64,000 nt of DNA from Acholeplasmataceae bacterium (GTDB taxonomy: Bacteria > Bacillota_I > Bacilli_A > Acholeplasmatales > Acholeplasmataceae), in the NCBI GenBank assembly GCA_963676425.1, contig OY781090.1:1324277-1388276 (forward strand). The letters are read 5' to 3'. The stretch's first letter is position 1; each line of letters opens with the position of its first letter. The notes under the pieces are model-generated. The model worked only from the letters and a program-made list of their open reading frames with translations. It had not been told where the DNA came from and ran no database searches. Positions 23,001 to 30,991 of the stretch are shown here, piece by piece. A program made the translations under genes and the position numbers.

Positions 23001-23601
23001 TATATGTAACTTCTTGACTTATGTTTATTAGTTCTCTTAAATCTTGTTCGTTAACTTTCATCTTTTCGCTTGCGACAAGTACCTCTGATGACTTGCTACC
23101 TAAAAGATGCCAACTGATATCATATTTACCCATAGATAATTTAACATCAGATTTAGTTATATTTTTAGGAAATTGTATATCAAATTGATTAGATTTATTA
23201 TTGTATGTTTTAGTTTTTGTATCATAATCTAATCGATTATCTATATCTATCCAGTCATCGCCATCTTTATAGTGCACAGCACTATCGTAGATCGCAACTT
23301 CGTAACTTCCATCCTGTTTTCTAAAATGCTTTTCATTAAGTTGTCTTTTTGATGTGTCTTCCGATATAACAGGAATATCAGATGCATCTACATCTAGATT
23401 GTAGACTTGATCATCTACCTCTGTGATTTCTTCTGTTACTGGTTTTGTATCAGAAAACTCTTCTGCAATTGCCTGATATGGCACTAAACTTAAAAACATC
23501 GCAATCAATAATAAGATTGCCATGAATTTCTCGCGGTGTTTCATTCTAATGGTCATATTTCTGACTTCATCAGAACTAAACGGTGTAAACATTCGTTTCA
23601 T
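17089..23601 (-). CDS. RHS/YD-repeat polymorphic toxin precursor with Sec signal, DNRLRE-like domain, two jelly-roll CBM-like domains, YD shell and C-terminal toxin module
   Basis: Many YD repeats (YTYDSDGNL, YEYDANGRL, YRYDEQGNL, YKYDGLGNL, YTYDAWGN). RHS core end RYYDPEIGRFISIDD ... NPIMNIDPSGNE. SD GGAGGG lies 7 nt upstream of ATG 23601; the ORF-track start 23616 overlaps that SD. Confidence 0.93.
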   Translation of the reverse strand: MKRMFTPFSSDEVRNMTIRMKHREKFMAILLLIAMFLSLVPYQAIAEEFSDTKPVTEEITEVDDQVYNLDVDASDIPVISEDTSKRQLNEKHFRKQDGSYEVAIYDSAVHYKDGDDWIDIDNRLDYDTKTKTYNNKSNQFDIQFPKNITKSDVKLSMGKYDISWHLLGSKSSEVLVASEKMKVNEQDLRELINISQEVTYKNIMQDIDLVYTLEGSKIKEDIIVNKYQEDLSFEFEYKVKGLSFIEVDGQLVLVNEEGEAIFSFDPFVMYDNLDNYSSDITYEIKEISNNKYSFKVIPDENWLMNASYPVRIDPSLNSTTTSMSIFDTYISEANPDAKNYNLSYMYVSGTTSTTEYRGLLYFTLPTEVMDQTITYAKLGFDKHTTTSGQINIYKNNENFSSSTATWNNAPSYSSKVIDYYTINSNTPFMFDITKPVKEWQATGVRRTTGFTIALDDNYGSFNSVYQNVTSGSHNPVITIGYESPKGLKDYWTYTSQDLGPAGQGYVSDYTGHLTWVRNDYALKNEYMSLSLDMIYNHEYSSTQSNEGYGIGWKTSYNQQILHDDDLDQYYLLKPDGEKIFFVLMQIENVYSGVDQYTWLAENGSGMSLTYSTYQGNVQGNLNLESQEGIKYTFESSNLGRLTRITNTKNGHFLVVSYVDTTTLKVSQVTDTVGNKITLTYYSDKLIRSNLYLVQENGLHKLIEYKRYTYNSSSELTSLISYSNYDDNLATTVLSHSLDEEIVSIQALPGIIIITPPDEPDPDPDPNQGYASSNKINYVYNSNDSLFSVELENSEQKIIYTSDTLDRITQINLSDSNQPVSNIDIEYAHQKTIYSDDLGNNTTYLFDNYGHTINIQDNKGNAQYFKYAGLFTYVGLSEYDFNYSEIINANPNYFLVHKLLTKSDVLKQTQNQVSNHGFEHAGGWTLTANSTGHFSYSSDYSVFGQRSMAITNSGSNPYASQNFYLEPGYYTVYGYIKNDGSLVNGKGAFLEISNATSATYQEDDQISNSDSWKSYKIDFYISTARSVTLKLCNESISTAYFDNIQLYEGFSESRYNVLSNSGFENSTTGWTRSNAYITTNNNASGMDDILGRYSMYISGDGSTEKYFYQQVYSLASSAGETFMIGGWGKAPAVPHKSYATNSIYDDNRFFGIYIDFTCIAPDEEGGVTYHEFVYLPFNTNTEDWQYQMTTFEMPVDVVSAKVYGAYQGEGTAYFDNIQMYHDNVATAYDYDGSTGYVTEVENKDGTITSYTYDSDGNLTGIETNDQPTDITYNNANMVETIEQNNVRVTVEYNPTTKHVENEYIGYDKDSTTQDKWFKTSTSYIYNSQYIHTQTDEFGNVTTYEYNEHTGLLSEIINDEGGSVTYSYNDLGQVLEKTFGADVTYEYGYDDEHRLNTLTVSGVTYEFTYDDVDHLTDVYIDNELIVHYDYYTKPNQIGTESYVTDLLERKTYGNGDYYYFKYNDEDMLVGVYFNETSNPSYEYEYDANGRLGSVLDHVNNNAYYYSYDLAGKLERITDASDNKIFYRYDEQGNLAEYEYHVSGVEREVMYHYNDITGEYDYTSYLISNNDYVEKTYDYSNDSLKRLDEITLSINHYDILTMMYNYSDISVQQGNATTRIYEIVYDFSSATDFKYRYQYDGNQNITQIKKLQGTTIIEQYDYHYDNLNQLIREDINLTGSSDYSYTYKYDGLGNLIKITKYNYHQSQEDIIDEDDVNTGEYFDPYTYKTVLTYDGIQLVKIDAYNETGQVVERDYDFDDLGNLLDTVDYYDIHSVDYNWSGRRLDGINIYDDGAITQSIEYKYNSEGIRTFKKITIGEEEYEYEYVLDGNLVLVEFINGNPIYYTYDANDQLLSMNYNGSEYFYVFDLLGNVIGLMNESGQLVVTYTYDAWGNQRVVAANGVENQSPIFIGNINPYRYRGYRYDTETGYYYLQARYYDPEIGRFISIDDANYISDDASSSINLYAYAVNNPIMNIDPSGNEALTLATLALIGIAAIVVYAATILMLKAAQEISDAAPNSGFASGVADSIRDIGDDITSTLEKIGSSIRNKAKELIDSVVIPIAVAITKPKNKNSGVYVIAFADGESYVGKGGILRVIASAVRHSVEDTTIPVAIIWMPAENEREAFKMEYIIMCNYGFGTDGSQLKNKIWSPGRNFYLQDHGSYYYLDPLYGS
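17092..17667 (-). other. C-terminal toxin module of the RHS protein (hydrophobic helix plus GIY-YIG-like nuclease signature)
   Basis: 192 aa follow DPSGNE. A TM-like helix ALTLATLALIGIAAIVVYAATILML lies at 17593..17667. Then GVYVIAFADGESYVGKG ... AVRH ... ENEREAFKMEY ... LKNKI lies at about 17152..17388. Confidence 0.55.
19939..20869 (-). other. Tandem pair of CBM4_9-like (galactose-binding-like jelly-roll) domains in the RHS protein
   Basis: Two paralogous units: NHGFEHAGGWTL...STAYFDNIQLYE (20461..20869) and NSGFENSTTGWTR...GTAYFDNIQMYHD (19939..20434). Confidence 0.55.
22160..22650 (-). other. DNRLRE-like domain of the RHS protein
   Basis: SIFDTYISEANPDAKNYNLSYMYVSG...YRGLLYFTLP...AKLGF...WNNAP resembles the DNRLRE module seen at the N-termini of Firmicute wall-associated/RHS proteins. 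Boundaries are approximate. Confidence 0.5.
23464..23601 (-). other. Signal peptide region of the RHS protein
   Basis: Basic n-region, hydrophobic core MAILLLIAMFLSLVPY, AxA site QAIA|EE. Confidence 0.65.
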
Positions 23602-23750
23602 TATAATTCCCTCCATTTAATGAACATATTAAGTTGTGTATCGTCGATACCCCCATATGTATTATTCTAATAATAATATTAAATTCATAAAAAATCAAGA
23701 ACCTTTTATGTTTGGTTAGGGTATTTTAGAACAATTTTCATGCATTATAC

Positions 23751-23780
23751 AAAAAAGTATCACATACTAATATGTGATAC
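23751..23780 (-). terminator. Rho-independent terminator after typA
   Basis: 10-bp stem GTATCACATA/TATGTGATAC (23757..23780) with a 4-nt loop, followed on the minus strand by TTTTTT. Confidence 0.7.
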
Positions 23781-23807
23781 TTTTGATAAAAATCTATATA
23801 GTTGAAA

Positions 23808-25631
23808 TTAATTATTTTCTTCCTTAATTGTATAATTCGCTTTTTTTCTTTCTTGTGCCGTTAATATTGCTTTTCTTAAACGAATGTTTTGTGGTGTGAT
23901 TTCAATTAATTCGTCATCATTAATAAATGCTAGACAAGCTTCTAAATTCATATCTTTTGGTTTCTTTAATACAACTGTTGAATCTTTACCTGCTGAACGC
24001 ATATTTGATAATTGTTTAGCTTGAGTTAAGTTAACAACCATATCTGTATCTTTATTAGATTCACCAATGATCATACCTTCATATACACTAGTTCTTGGAT
24101 CAACGAACATGATACCACGATCTTCAAGTCTACCAATTGCATAAGCAGTTGTCATACCTTGATTCATTGAGATTAATGCACCACTTCTTCTGTTACCAAC
24201 AGCTTCAGTAATCATTTGTCTATAATCTAAGAAGATATGAGATAAAATACCATATCCTTTAGTTGCTGTTAAGAACTGAGTAGCAAACCCAATTAAACCA
24301 CGTGATGGCATAATATAGTTAAGTCTTGAATAATCACTTGCTTGATGCATAGTAACAAGCTCAGCTTTTCTTTCACCTAACATTTCCATAACGCCACCCA
24401 TATATTCAGTAGGTAGGTCAACTTGAACTTCCTCATAAGGTTCTAGTTTTTGTCCATCAACTTCTTTGATGATAACTCTAGGTCTTGATACTTGGAATTC
24501 GAAACCTTCTCTTCTCATATTTTCAATTAAAATACCTAAGTGAAGTTCTCCACGTCCAGATACAATCCATGACTCAGATTTACCAACACGTTCAACTTTT
24601 AAACTCACATCTTTTTGGAGTTCTTTATTTAAACGTTCTTCAATTTTAGATGCAGTCACATGTTTACCTTCTTTACCAGCAAACGGTGAATTGTTTGTTA
24701 AGAATGTCATTTGTACTGTTGGTTCATCAACATGTAATAAAGGTAATCTTTCTGTTGATGCAGTATCACATACAGTTTCGCCAACATGAATGTCAGGAAG
24801 ACCAGCGATTGAGACGATATCTCCAGCAAATGCTTCTTTAACTTCTATTTTTTCTAATCCTGTTGATTGATAAATTTTTTGTACTCTAAATTCAACTCTA
24901 GAACCATCAGCTCTAAGACATGCTACATTATCATTTAAAGATACTGACCCATGATAGATTTTACCAACACCCATACGTCCAACATAATCGTTATAATCAA
25001 CTAATGCTGGTTGGAATAAGAATGGTTTATCATAATCTTGTTCTGGATTAGGTAGAGCTTCAATGATTGTATCTAGAATTGGTGTCATTTTAACATGAGG
25101 GTTTAATTTAGGTTCGTAACTTGATAAACCTTGTAAGCCTGATGCATATAAAACAGGGAATTCTAATTGATGATCATCAGCACCTAAATCAATAAATAGG
25201 TCGTAAACTTCGTTTACTGTTTTATTGATATCAGCAAATTCTCTATCAACTTTATTAACAACTACAATAGGGAATAAGTGAGCTTCAAGTGCTTTTTTAA
25301 GTACGAATCTGGTTTGTGGCATAACACCTTCAAACGCATCGACTAATAATAATACACCATCCACCATGTGCATGATTCTTTCTACTTCACCACCAAAGTC
25401 AGCATGACCAGGAGTGTCTAAGATATTAATTCTTGTATCATTATAAATGATCGCAGTATTTTTCGCTAAGATGGTAATACCACGTTCTCTTTCAATATCA
25501 TTACTATCAAGTACTCTGTCATCTAACTCAGCATGCGCATCATACTTATCACTTTGTTTTAATAATTGATTCACTAACGTTGTTTTCCCATGGTCAACGT
25601 GAGCGATAATCGCTATATTTCTAATTTCCAT
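23808..25631 (-). CDS. typA: Translational GTPase TypA/BipA
   Basis: MEIRNIAIIAHVDHGKTTL, DTPGHADFGGEVER, NKVD; 607 aa. Confidence 0.96.
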   Translation of the reverse strand: MEIRNIAIIAHVDHGKTTLVNQLLKQSDKYDAHAELDDRVLDSNDIERERGITILAKNTAIIYNDTRINILDTPGHADFGGEVERIMHMVDGVLLLVDAFEGVMPQTRFVLKKALEAHLFPIVVVNKVDREFADINKTVNEVYDLFIDLGADDHQLEFPVLYASGLQGLSSYEPKLNPHVKMTPILDTIIEALPNPEQDYDKPFLFQPALVDYNDYVGRMGVGKIYHGSVSLNDNVACLRADGSRVEFRVQKIYQSTGLEKIEVKEAFAGDIVSIAGLPDIHVGETVCDTASTERLPLLHVDEPTVQMTFLTNNSPFAGKEGKHVTASKIEERLNKELQKDVSLKVERVGKSESWIVSGRGELHLGILIENMRREGFEFQVSRPRVIIKEVDGQKLEPYEEVQVDLPTEYMGGVMEMLGERKAELVTMHQASDYSRLNYIMPSRGLIGFATQFLTATKGYGILSHIFLDYRQMITEAVGNRRSGALISMNQGMTTAYAIGRLEDRGIMFVDPRTSVYEGMIIGESNKDTDMVVNLTQAKQLSNMRSAGKDSTVVLKKPKDMNLEACLAFINDDELIEITPQNIRLRKAILTAQERKKANYTIKEENN

Positions 25632-25875
25632 TAATTACACCTCATTTTTTTAACCGTTACTATTATATATCATTTTCGCCTTTTTTATATAAAAAAAGGC
25701 TGTTTGTTAAATAATAACGCATACATAAAGAAAAAGTGAATATATTTCAAATCACTTTAACATATAAATCGATTAATTTTCTAATTCAAATAACATTCAC
25801 CAATTTTTTAACACTGCTAATTTAAATATAGGTCATCCTAGATTAACTAATTTAATCATGTGATATTATCATTAT

Positions 25876-26235
25876 TTACCACTCACGATAAGTATCAAAA
25901 TCAAAATCATCATATGACATATCATAAAGTGATAGTACTTGTTCAATATATTCATATATTGAGTCACGCTCTAATGTTTCAATTAAAGGATTTTCAAATT
26001 CAGTATTCAAACGATTCAAATCTATGATATAAGCTTTTGTGATTTCATATACTTCTTGAGTCGTTTCAACTAACATTACTTTTTCAATATAAAGATCTGT
26101 GATTTTGTTGAATTTTGCTAATGATTTGGGATCTAACTCATCCAACAAATCCTCATACAAATCATCTTCTAAATAATCCAACGGTTTCATTTCTAATAAT
26201 TGTTTAAGCTTGAGTTTTCTTGCCTTTGTTTCCAT
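25876..26235 (-). CDS. Small acidic hypothetical protein
   Basis: 119 aa from ATG 26235 (SD GGGGAG 7 nt upstream). I recognised no motif. Confidence 0.5.
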   Translation of the reverse strand: METKARKLKLKQLLEMKPLDYLEDDLYEDLLDELDPKSLAKFNKITDLYIEKVMLVETTQEVYEITKAYIIDLNRLNTEFENPLIETLERDSIYEYIEQVLSLYDMSYDDFDFDTYREW

Positions 26236-26315
26236 GTAAAATCTCCCCATTTTTTTTATCACTGATTTTTTTATGTTGACTATTTATAAAGATTATACTA
26301 CAAAAATACAGTATT

Positions 26316-26867
26316 TTAAAGAACTTGTAATAAATCATCTAATTTGATTGTACCTTCTCTTAAAACTTTGATTTCATCATCTTTAAACATAATCACAGTT
26401 GAGGATACATGACTCTTTGGATAATCACCATGCTCATGTATTTCTGCAACCACATCACCAAAAATTTCTTTGATTTCTTCAACAGTTTCTAGCGGTGGTT
26501 CACCACTTTTATTCAAGCTCGTAACTCTGAGTACTCCATACTCATTAATGAGTTCTAATGCTTTCGGATGTTTAGGCATTCTTATAGCAATTGTATCTTC
26601 ACCTGTTTTATCTTTAAATTCAGGTGTAGTTTGCATCACGATAGTAAGTGCACCTGGCCAAAAACTATGCATGATTTTTTCTATTTTTTTATCATATTTA
26701 GCAATACCAAACACTTGATCAATATGACCAACTAAAAGCGGGATTTGTTTTGATTGTTCTCTGCCTTTAACTTCATAAATCTTATGAAGCGCTTCTTCAT
26801 CATATAACATTGCTGCTAAGCCATAAACTGTATCAGTTGGCATCACAATTAAATCACCTTTATTCAT
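26316..26867 (-). CDS. tsaC: L-threonylcarbamoyladenylate synthase, short YrdC-type
   Basis: IVMPTDTVYGLAA and SLNKSGEPP motifs of the Sua5/YrdC/YciO family; 183 aa. Overlaps the prmC stop by 8 nt. Confidence 0.85.
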   Translation of the reverse strand: MNKGDLIVMPTDTVYGLAAMLYDEEALHKIYEVKGREQSKQIPLLVGHIDQVFGIAKYDKKIEKIMHSFWPGALTIVMQTTPEFKDKTGEDTIAIRMPKHPKALELINEYGVLRVTSLNKSGEPPLETVEEIKEIFGDVVAEIHEHGDYPKSHVSSTVIMFKDDEIKVLREGTIKLDDLLQVL

Positions 26868-27714
26868 CAGCTAAAACGCCTCCTATACCGACAAATGTCA
26901 TTCTGTCTTTGCCTTGAAGATCTTGCAGTTGAATAAGTTTTGCATCTGGGAAATACTTTTTAACATATGATGCGATTAAAGCCTTTTGTTGGTATCCATG
27001 TTCAAAACCAATCAATGCTTTTTCTTTTAAATATGGTTTTATTTCTCTTAAGATAAGTTCATAAAAATCAGTGCCAGTTTTTCCACCGTATAATGCAACC
27101 TCTGGTTCCTTTTGAACAATATCTTCAACAATTTCATCATCAGGAATATATGGTGGATTTGATATGATGATATCAAATGTGTCATCAATGTTATCAAACC
27201 AGCTACTTAATATCGCTTTAGCATTTACATCTAATTTCTTTGCATTACTTTTAGCAACCTCTAAAGCATCACTACTCACATCAGAAATAGTTACATCCAA
27301 GTTCTTCTCTTCTGCAGCTAAAGTTACACCGATACATCCACTACCAGTACCTAGATCTAGTAATTTAAGTTTAGCCCCATCAAAATATTTATCATAATAA
27401 AATAATGTATTTTCTACTAATTGTTCTGTCTCAACTCTAGGAATTAAAACAGCGTCAGATACATTAAATTGATATCCATAAAAATATGCGTAACCTAAGA
27501 TATGTTGAACAGGCACATGATCATAGATATATAAATTAGCTTTTTCAATAAAATTTTTTTCAAATGTTTCATCAACTTCACTTTTTAGATTTAAATAAAA
27601 CTGATGTGCATCCAAAGGTGATAGCTCCATCAGTAATAATTTAATCGCTTCTGCTTCTTTATTTTGTTTAAGTGCAGTATTTGAAACTTGTCTTAATAAA
27701 GTTTCTAATGTCAC
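26860..27714 (-). CDS. prmC: Release-factor glutamine N5-methyltransferase
   Basis: LDLGTGSGCIG SAM motif and IISNPPYIP (NPPY). 4-nt overlap with prfA. Confidence 0.92.
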   Translation of the reverse strand: MTLETLLRQVSNTALKQNKEAEAIKLLLMELSPLDAHQFYLNLKSEVDETFEKNFIEKANLYIYDHVPVQHILGYAYFYGYQFNVSDAVLIPRVETEQLVENTLFYYDKYFDGAKLKLLDLGTGSGCIGVTLAAEEKNLDVTISDVSSDALEVAKSNAKKLDVNAKAILSSWFDNIDDTFDIIISNPPYIPDDEIVEDIVQKEPEVALYGGKTGTDFYELILREIKPYLKEKALIGFEHGYQQKALIASYVKKYFPDAKLIQLQDLQGKDRMTFVGIGGVLADE

Positions 27715-28775
27715 TCTGTTTCTCCTAATAATTGACGTTTTTGGAATTCATTAATTAAGTCATCCATAATTAATTCTAGACGACCTTCCATGATTGCGTC
27801 TAATCTTTGTAATGTTAAACCAATTCTATGATCAGTCACTCTATTTTGTGGATAGTTATAAGTTCTAATCTTTTCACTTCTATCTCCACGACCAACAAGT
27901 GATTGTCTTTCAGCTTCTTCTTTACTTAATTGTTCTTGTAAGAACTTATCATATATTCTTGTTTTAAGAAGTGTGAAGGCTTTATCTTTATTTTCGTGTT
28001 GTGATTTACCTTCTTGACATGCAACAGCAATCCCTGTAGGAATATGTGTTAAACGTACAGCTGATTTCGTTGTATTAACTGATTGTCCACCTGGACCACT
28101 TGAGTTAAATGTATCAAAACGAATATCATTCCATGAAATATCAATTTCAATATCTTCTGCTTCTGGCATCACTAAAACAGTTGCAGTTGATGTATGGATT
28201 CTACCTGCAGATTCTGTTTGTGGAACACGTTGTACACGATGTGTACCTGATTCATATTTAAGTTGAGAATATACTTGATCTCCTGAAACCATAAATTCGA
28301 TTGTTGTAAATCCACCCATAGAACCTTCCATGGCATTTAATACTTCAATTTTCCATTTTTTAGTTTCAGCATATTTTGAATACATTCTAAATAAATCACC
28401 GGCGAAGATATTACCTTCATCTCCACCTGCAGCACCTTTGATTTCTACAATAACGTTTTTATCATCATTAGGATCTTTAGGTAGTAATAAAATTTTTAAT
28501 TCTTCTTCAGTACGTTCTAAGAATGTTTCTATCTCATCGATTTCCATTTGAGCCATATCAATTAAATCTTGATCTTCTTCTAATTTTGTCATTTCTTTTA
28601 AGTCTTTTAGCTCAGCTGCTTTTTCTTTATATGAACGATAAGTTTCTACTGTTCTTGTAATTGTACTTGATTCTTTTAATAATTTTGTCATTTCTTTTAC
28701 TTCAACAGTACCTGTTGAAAGTAAGTCTTGTATCTCTTGATATCTTTTTTCGATTAATTCGAGTCTATCAAACAT
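27711..28775 (-). CDS. prfA: Peptide chain release factor 1
   Basis: GGQSVN (GGQ) and RVQRVPQTESAGRIHTS; 354 aa. Confidence 0.97.
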   Translation of the reverse strand: MFDRLELIEKRYQEIQDLLSTGTVEVKEMTKLLKESSTITRTVETYRSYKEKAAELKDLKEMTKLEEDQDLIDMAQMEIDEIETFLERTEEELKILLLPKDPNDDKNVIVEIKGAAGGDEGNIFAGDLFRMYSKYAETKKWKIEVLNAMEGSMGGFTTIEFMVSGDQVYSQLKYESGTHRVQRVPQTESAGRIHTSTATVLVMPEAEDIEIDISWNDIRFDTFNSSGPGGQSVNTTKSAVRLTHIPTGIAVACQEGKSQHENKDKAFTLLKTRIYDKFLQEQLSKEEAERQSLVGRGDRSEKIRTYNYPQNRVTDHRIGLTLQRLDAIMEGRLELIMDDLINEFQKRQLLGETE

Positions 28776-28885
28776 AATATATCACCCGCTATATATTACC
28801 ACAATTTAGGTTTTTTTTCCACTGTTAAAATCATTGATTAAACTATAGTTAGTGGTATAATGGAGGTAGAAAAGAAAGGTGGGAT

Positions 28886-29323
28886 ATGATGAATAAATTA
28901 TATCAAGAATTAAATAAACAAGTAGCGAATTTAAGTGTATTTTTCACTAAGTTACACCACTTCCATTGGTATGTAACTGGTCCTGAATTTTATGCACTAC
29001 ATGCTAAATTTGAAGAACTGTACGACGAAGTGAATGAACTTTATGATGCAGTAGCTGAAAGATTATTGATGATCGGTGGGGAACCAGTATCTAACCTAAA
29101 ACAATACTTAGAACTAGCAACACTTGAAGAAGGTCACGGAAAACAAGCCCCAAAAGAAATGGTAAAACATATTCTTGATGACTTTAAAGTGTTACGTGCT
29201 GAATTCTTAGAAGCTTTAAAAGTAGCTCAAGATTTAGGTGATGAAGGTACAGCTGATTTATTAATCGGATCTATCGCATCATTTGAAAAACACATTTGGA
29301 TGTTATCTGCTACAATTGCTTAA
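28886..29323 (+). CDS. dps: Dps family DNA-protection/ferritin-like protein
   Basis: HHFHWYVTGPEFYALHAKFEELYDE ferroxidase-site pattern; 145 aa. Confidence 0.9.
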   Translation: MMNKLYQELNKQVANLSVFFTKLHHFHWYVTGPEFYALHAKFEELYDEVNELYDAVAERLLMIGGEPVSNLKQYLELATLEEGHGKQAPKEMVKHILDDFKVLRAEFLEALKVAQDLGDEGTADLLIGSIASFEKHIWMLSATIA

Positions 29324-29351
29324 TTTAATCCAATATCAATTGATATAGATG

Positions 29352-29389
29352 AAAGCCCATGCCTTTGATTGGGCTTTTATTTTTTTTTG
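29352..29389 (+). terminator. Rho-independent terminator after dps
   Basis: Stem AAAGCCCA/TGGGCTTT (29352..29377) followed by TATTTTTTTTTT. Confidence 0.7.
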
Positions 29390-29507
29390 CTTATGCCATT
29401 TTCTCACATAATATATTGTTTTTAAACTATACTGTGGTATTATATCAATATGTATTATTGTTTTGAATATCAAACTAATTATAATTAATCTATTAAAGGA
29501 GCATTTT

Positions 29508-30953
29508 ATGGAAGCACAGAAATTGCCAGAAATCATTCAAGGTGGCATGGGCATTGGGGTTTCAAGTGTTAAACTTGCAAGAACAGTTTCAAAAGAAGGA
29601 TATTTAGGTGTTGTCTCAGGTACTGCAGTTGCTACAACACTTGTTAGAAGATTACAAACATTAAGAGGTCGTAAGACATATGTCGATGCGATTAATCATT
29701 TCCCATTTAAAAAAATGGCGAAACGAATCTTAGATAAATATGAACCAGATGGTCAATTAGACACAATTAAACGTAGATTTAAACCATTAGAGATGCCATC
29801 TCTACATCAAACTGATGAACTAACTGAATTAATTGTAGTTGCTAACTTCGTTGAAGTTTATTTAGCTAAAAAAGGTCATGATGGACTTATTGGTATTAAC
29901 TTACTTGAAAAAATACAAATACCAACACTCGCATCTATCTATGGTGCGATGCTTGCAGATGTTGATTATGTCATTATGGGTGCAGGTATACCTAAATATG
30001 TCCCTGCAGTATTAGATGCCTATGTCAATCATGAAATAGGCACAATGCCTATTAAAGTTGCTAATGACACAGAAAATACTGTTAATACATTTGATCCAGT
30101 AGCATTCGCTAAGGGTGAGGTCCTACCTAAACTTAACAGACCTAAGTTTTTAGCCATCATATCATCAAATACTCTAGCACTTCATTTAACAAGAAATGAA
30201 GAAACTAGACCTGATGGGTTTATTGTTGAAAAACCAATTGCTGGTGGTCATAATGCACCACCTCGTGGTCAATTAAATTTAACTGAATCTGGCGAACCTA
30301 TATATGGTGTAAAAGATGAAGTTAATTTAGAAAACTTAAAAAAGTTAAATCTACCTTTCTGGTTAGCAGGAGGATACGGAAATCATCAAGCTTATCTAGA
30401 AGCTAAGGCGCAAGGTGCTGTTGGTATTCAAGTCGGTACAGCTTTTGCCTTTAGTAAGGAATCTGGTATGAAAAGATCTTTAAAAGAAAGAGTGATTGAA
30501 GCACTTAAAAAAGGTGTCACTTATGTTAAAACTGATTTACTCGCTTCTCCTACTGGTTTTCCGTTTAAAGTCGTTGGTTTAAAAAATACAGTTAGTGAAG
30601 ATGAGACTTATGAGTCTAGAAAACGTATATGTGATGTTGGATATTTAAGAGAACCTTATCGTATGGAAAATGGCAAGATTGGATATCGCTGTCCATCAGA
30701 GCCTGTTGAAGCCTATGTTAAAAAAGGTGGTAAACTAGAAGATACTGTTGGCCGTAAATGCTTATGTAATGGTTTAGTATCTACGCTAGGTTTTGGTCAA
30801 AAGAAAAAAGATGGTTCAACTGAACCACCTATTATCACTGCTGGTGATGATTTAAAATATATTCTTGAATTCTTAAAACCTGGAGAAAAATTATATAGTG
30901 CACTAGAAGTTATTAGACAGATTATTGGTAAACCCTTAAATCTTTCCTATTAA
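29508..30953 (+). CDS. Nitronate monooxygenase / FabK-like FMN oxidoreductase family protein (long form)
   Basis: IQGGMGIGVSS, FWLAGGYG, IQVGTAFAF. SD AAGGAG lies upstream of ATG 29508; the ORF-track 29463 is less likely. Confidence 0.65.
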   Translation: MEAQKLPEIIQGGMGIGVSSVKLARTVSKEGYLGVVSGTAVATTLVRRLQTLRGRKTYVDAINHFPFKKMAKRILDKYEPDGQLDTIKRRFKPLEMPSLHQTDELTELIVVANFVEVYLAKKGHDGLIGINLLEKIQIPTLASIYGAMLADVDYVIMGAGIPKYVPAVLDAYVNHEIGTMPIKVANDTENTVNTFDPVAFAKGEVLPKLNRPKFLAIISSNTLALHLTRNEETRPDGFIVEKPIAGGHNAPPRGQLNLTESGEPIYGVKDEVNLENLKKLNLPFWLAGGYGNHQAYLEAKAQGAVGIQVGTAFAFSKESGMKRSLKERVIEALKKGVTYVKTDLLASPTGFPFKVVGLKNTVSEDETYESRKRICDVGYLREPYRMENGKIGYRCPSEPVEAYVKKGGKLEDTVGRKCLCNGLVSTLGFGQKKKDGSTEPPIITAGDDLKYILEFLKPGEKLYSALEVIRQIIGKPLNLSY

Positions 30954-30991
30954 AAAGAAATAAGATATGCAATTTTGCATGTCTTTTTCTT

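Noticed and set aside
15890-23807. Signatures of a mobile element around the RHS cassette (integrase, transposase, tRNA target, flanking direct repeats), dedicated secretion genes (T6SS/T7SS), or orphan toxin/immunity modules downstream
   Set aside because: None were seen. The flanks contain only terminators and AT-rich spacers, and no obvious direct repeats were found by eye. The ~130-nt region after the LRR gene has no ATG on the minus strand. The insertion hypothesis therefore rests on synteny only.
25677-25702. Palindrome GCCTTTTTT-atat-AAAAAAAGGC upstream of typA, considered as a terminator for the 119-aa gene
   Set aside because: The stem is almost entirely A/T, and no T-run follows on the minus strand. 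It is ambiguous and not confidently a terminator.
29336-29536. 66-aa minus-strand ORF between dps and the NMO-like gene
   Set aside because: It spans the dps terminator hairpin and the NMO-like gene's promoter and SD region. There is no SD and the composition is implausible.
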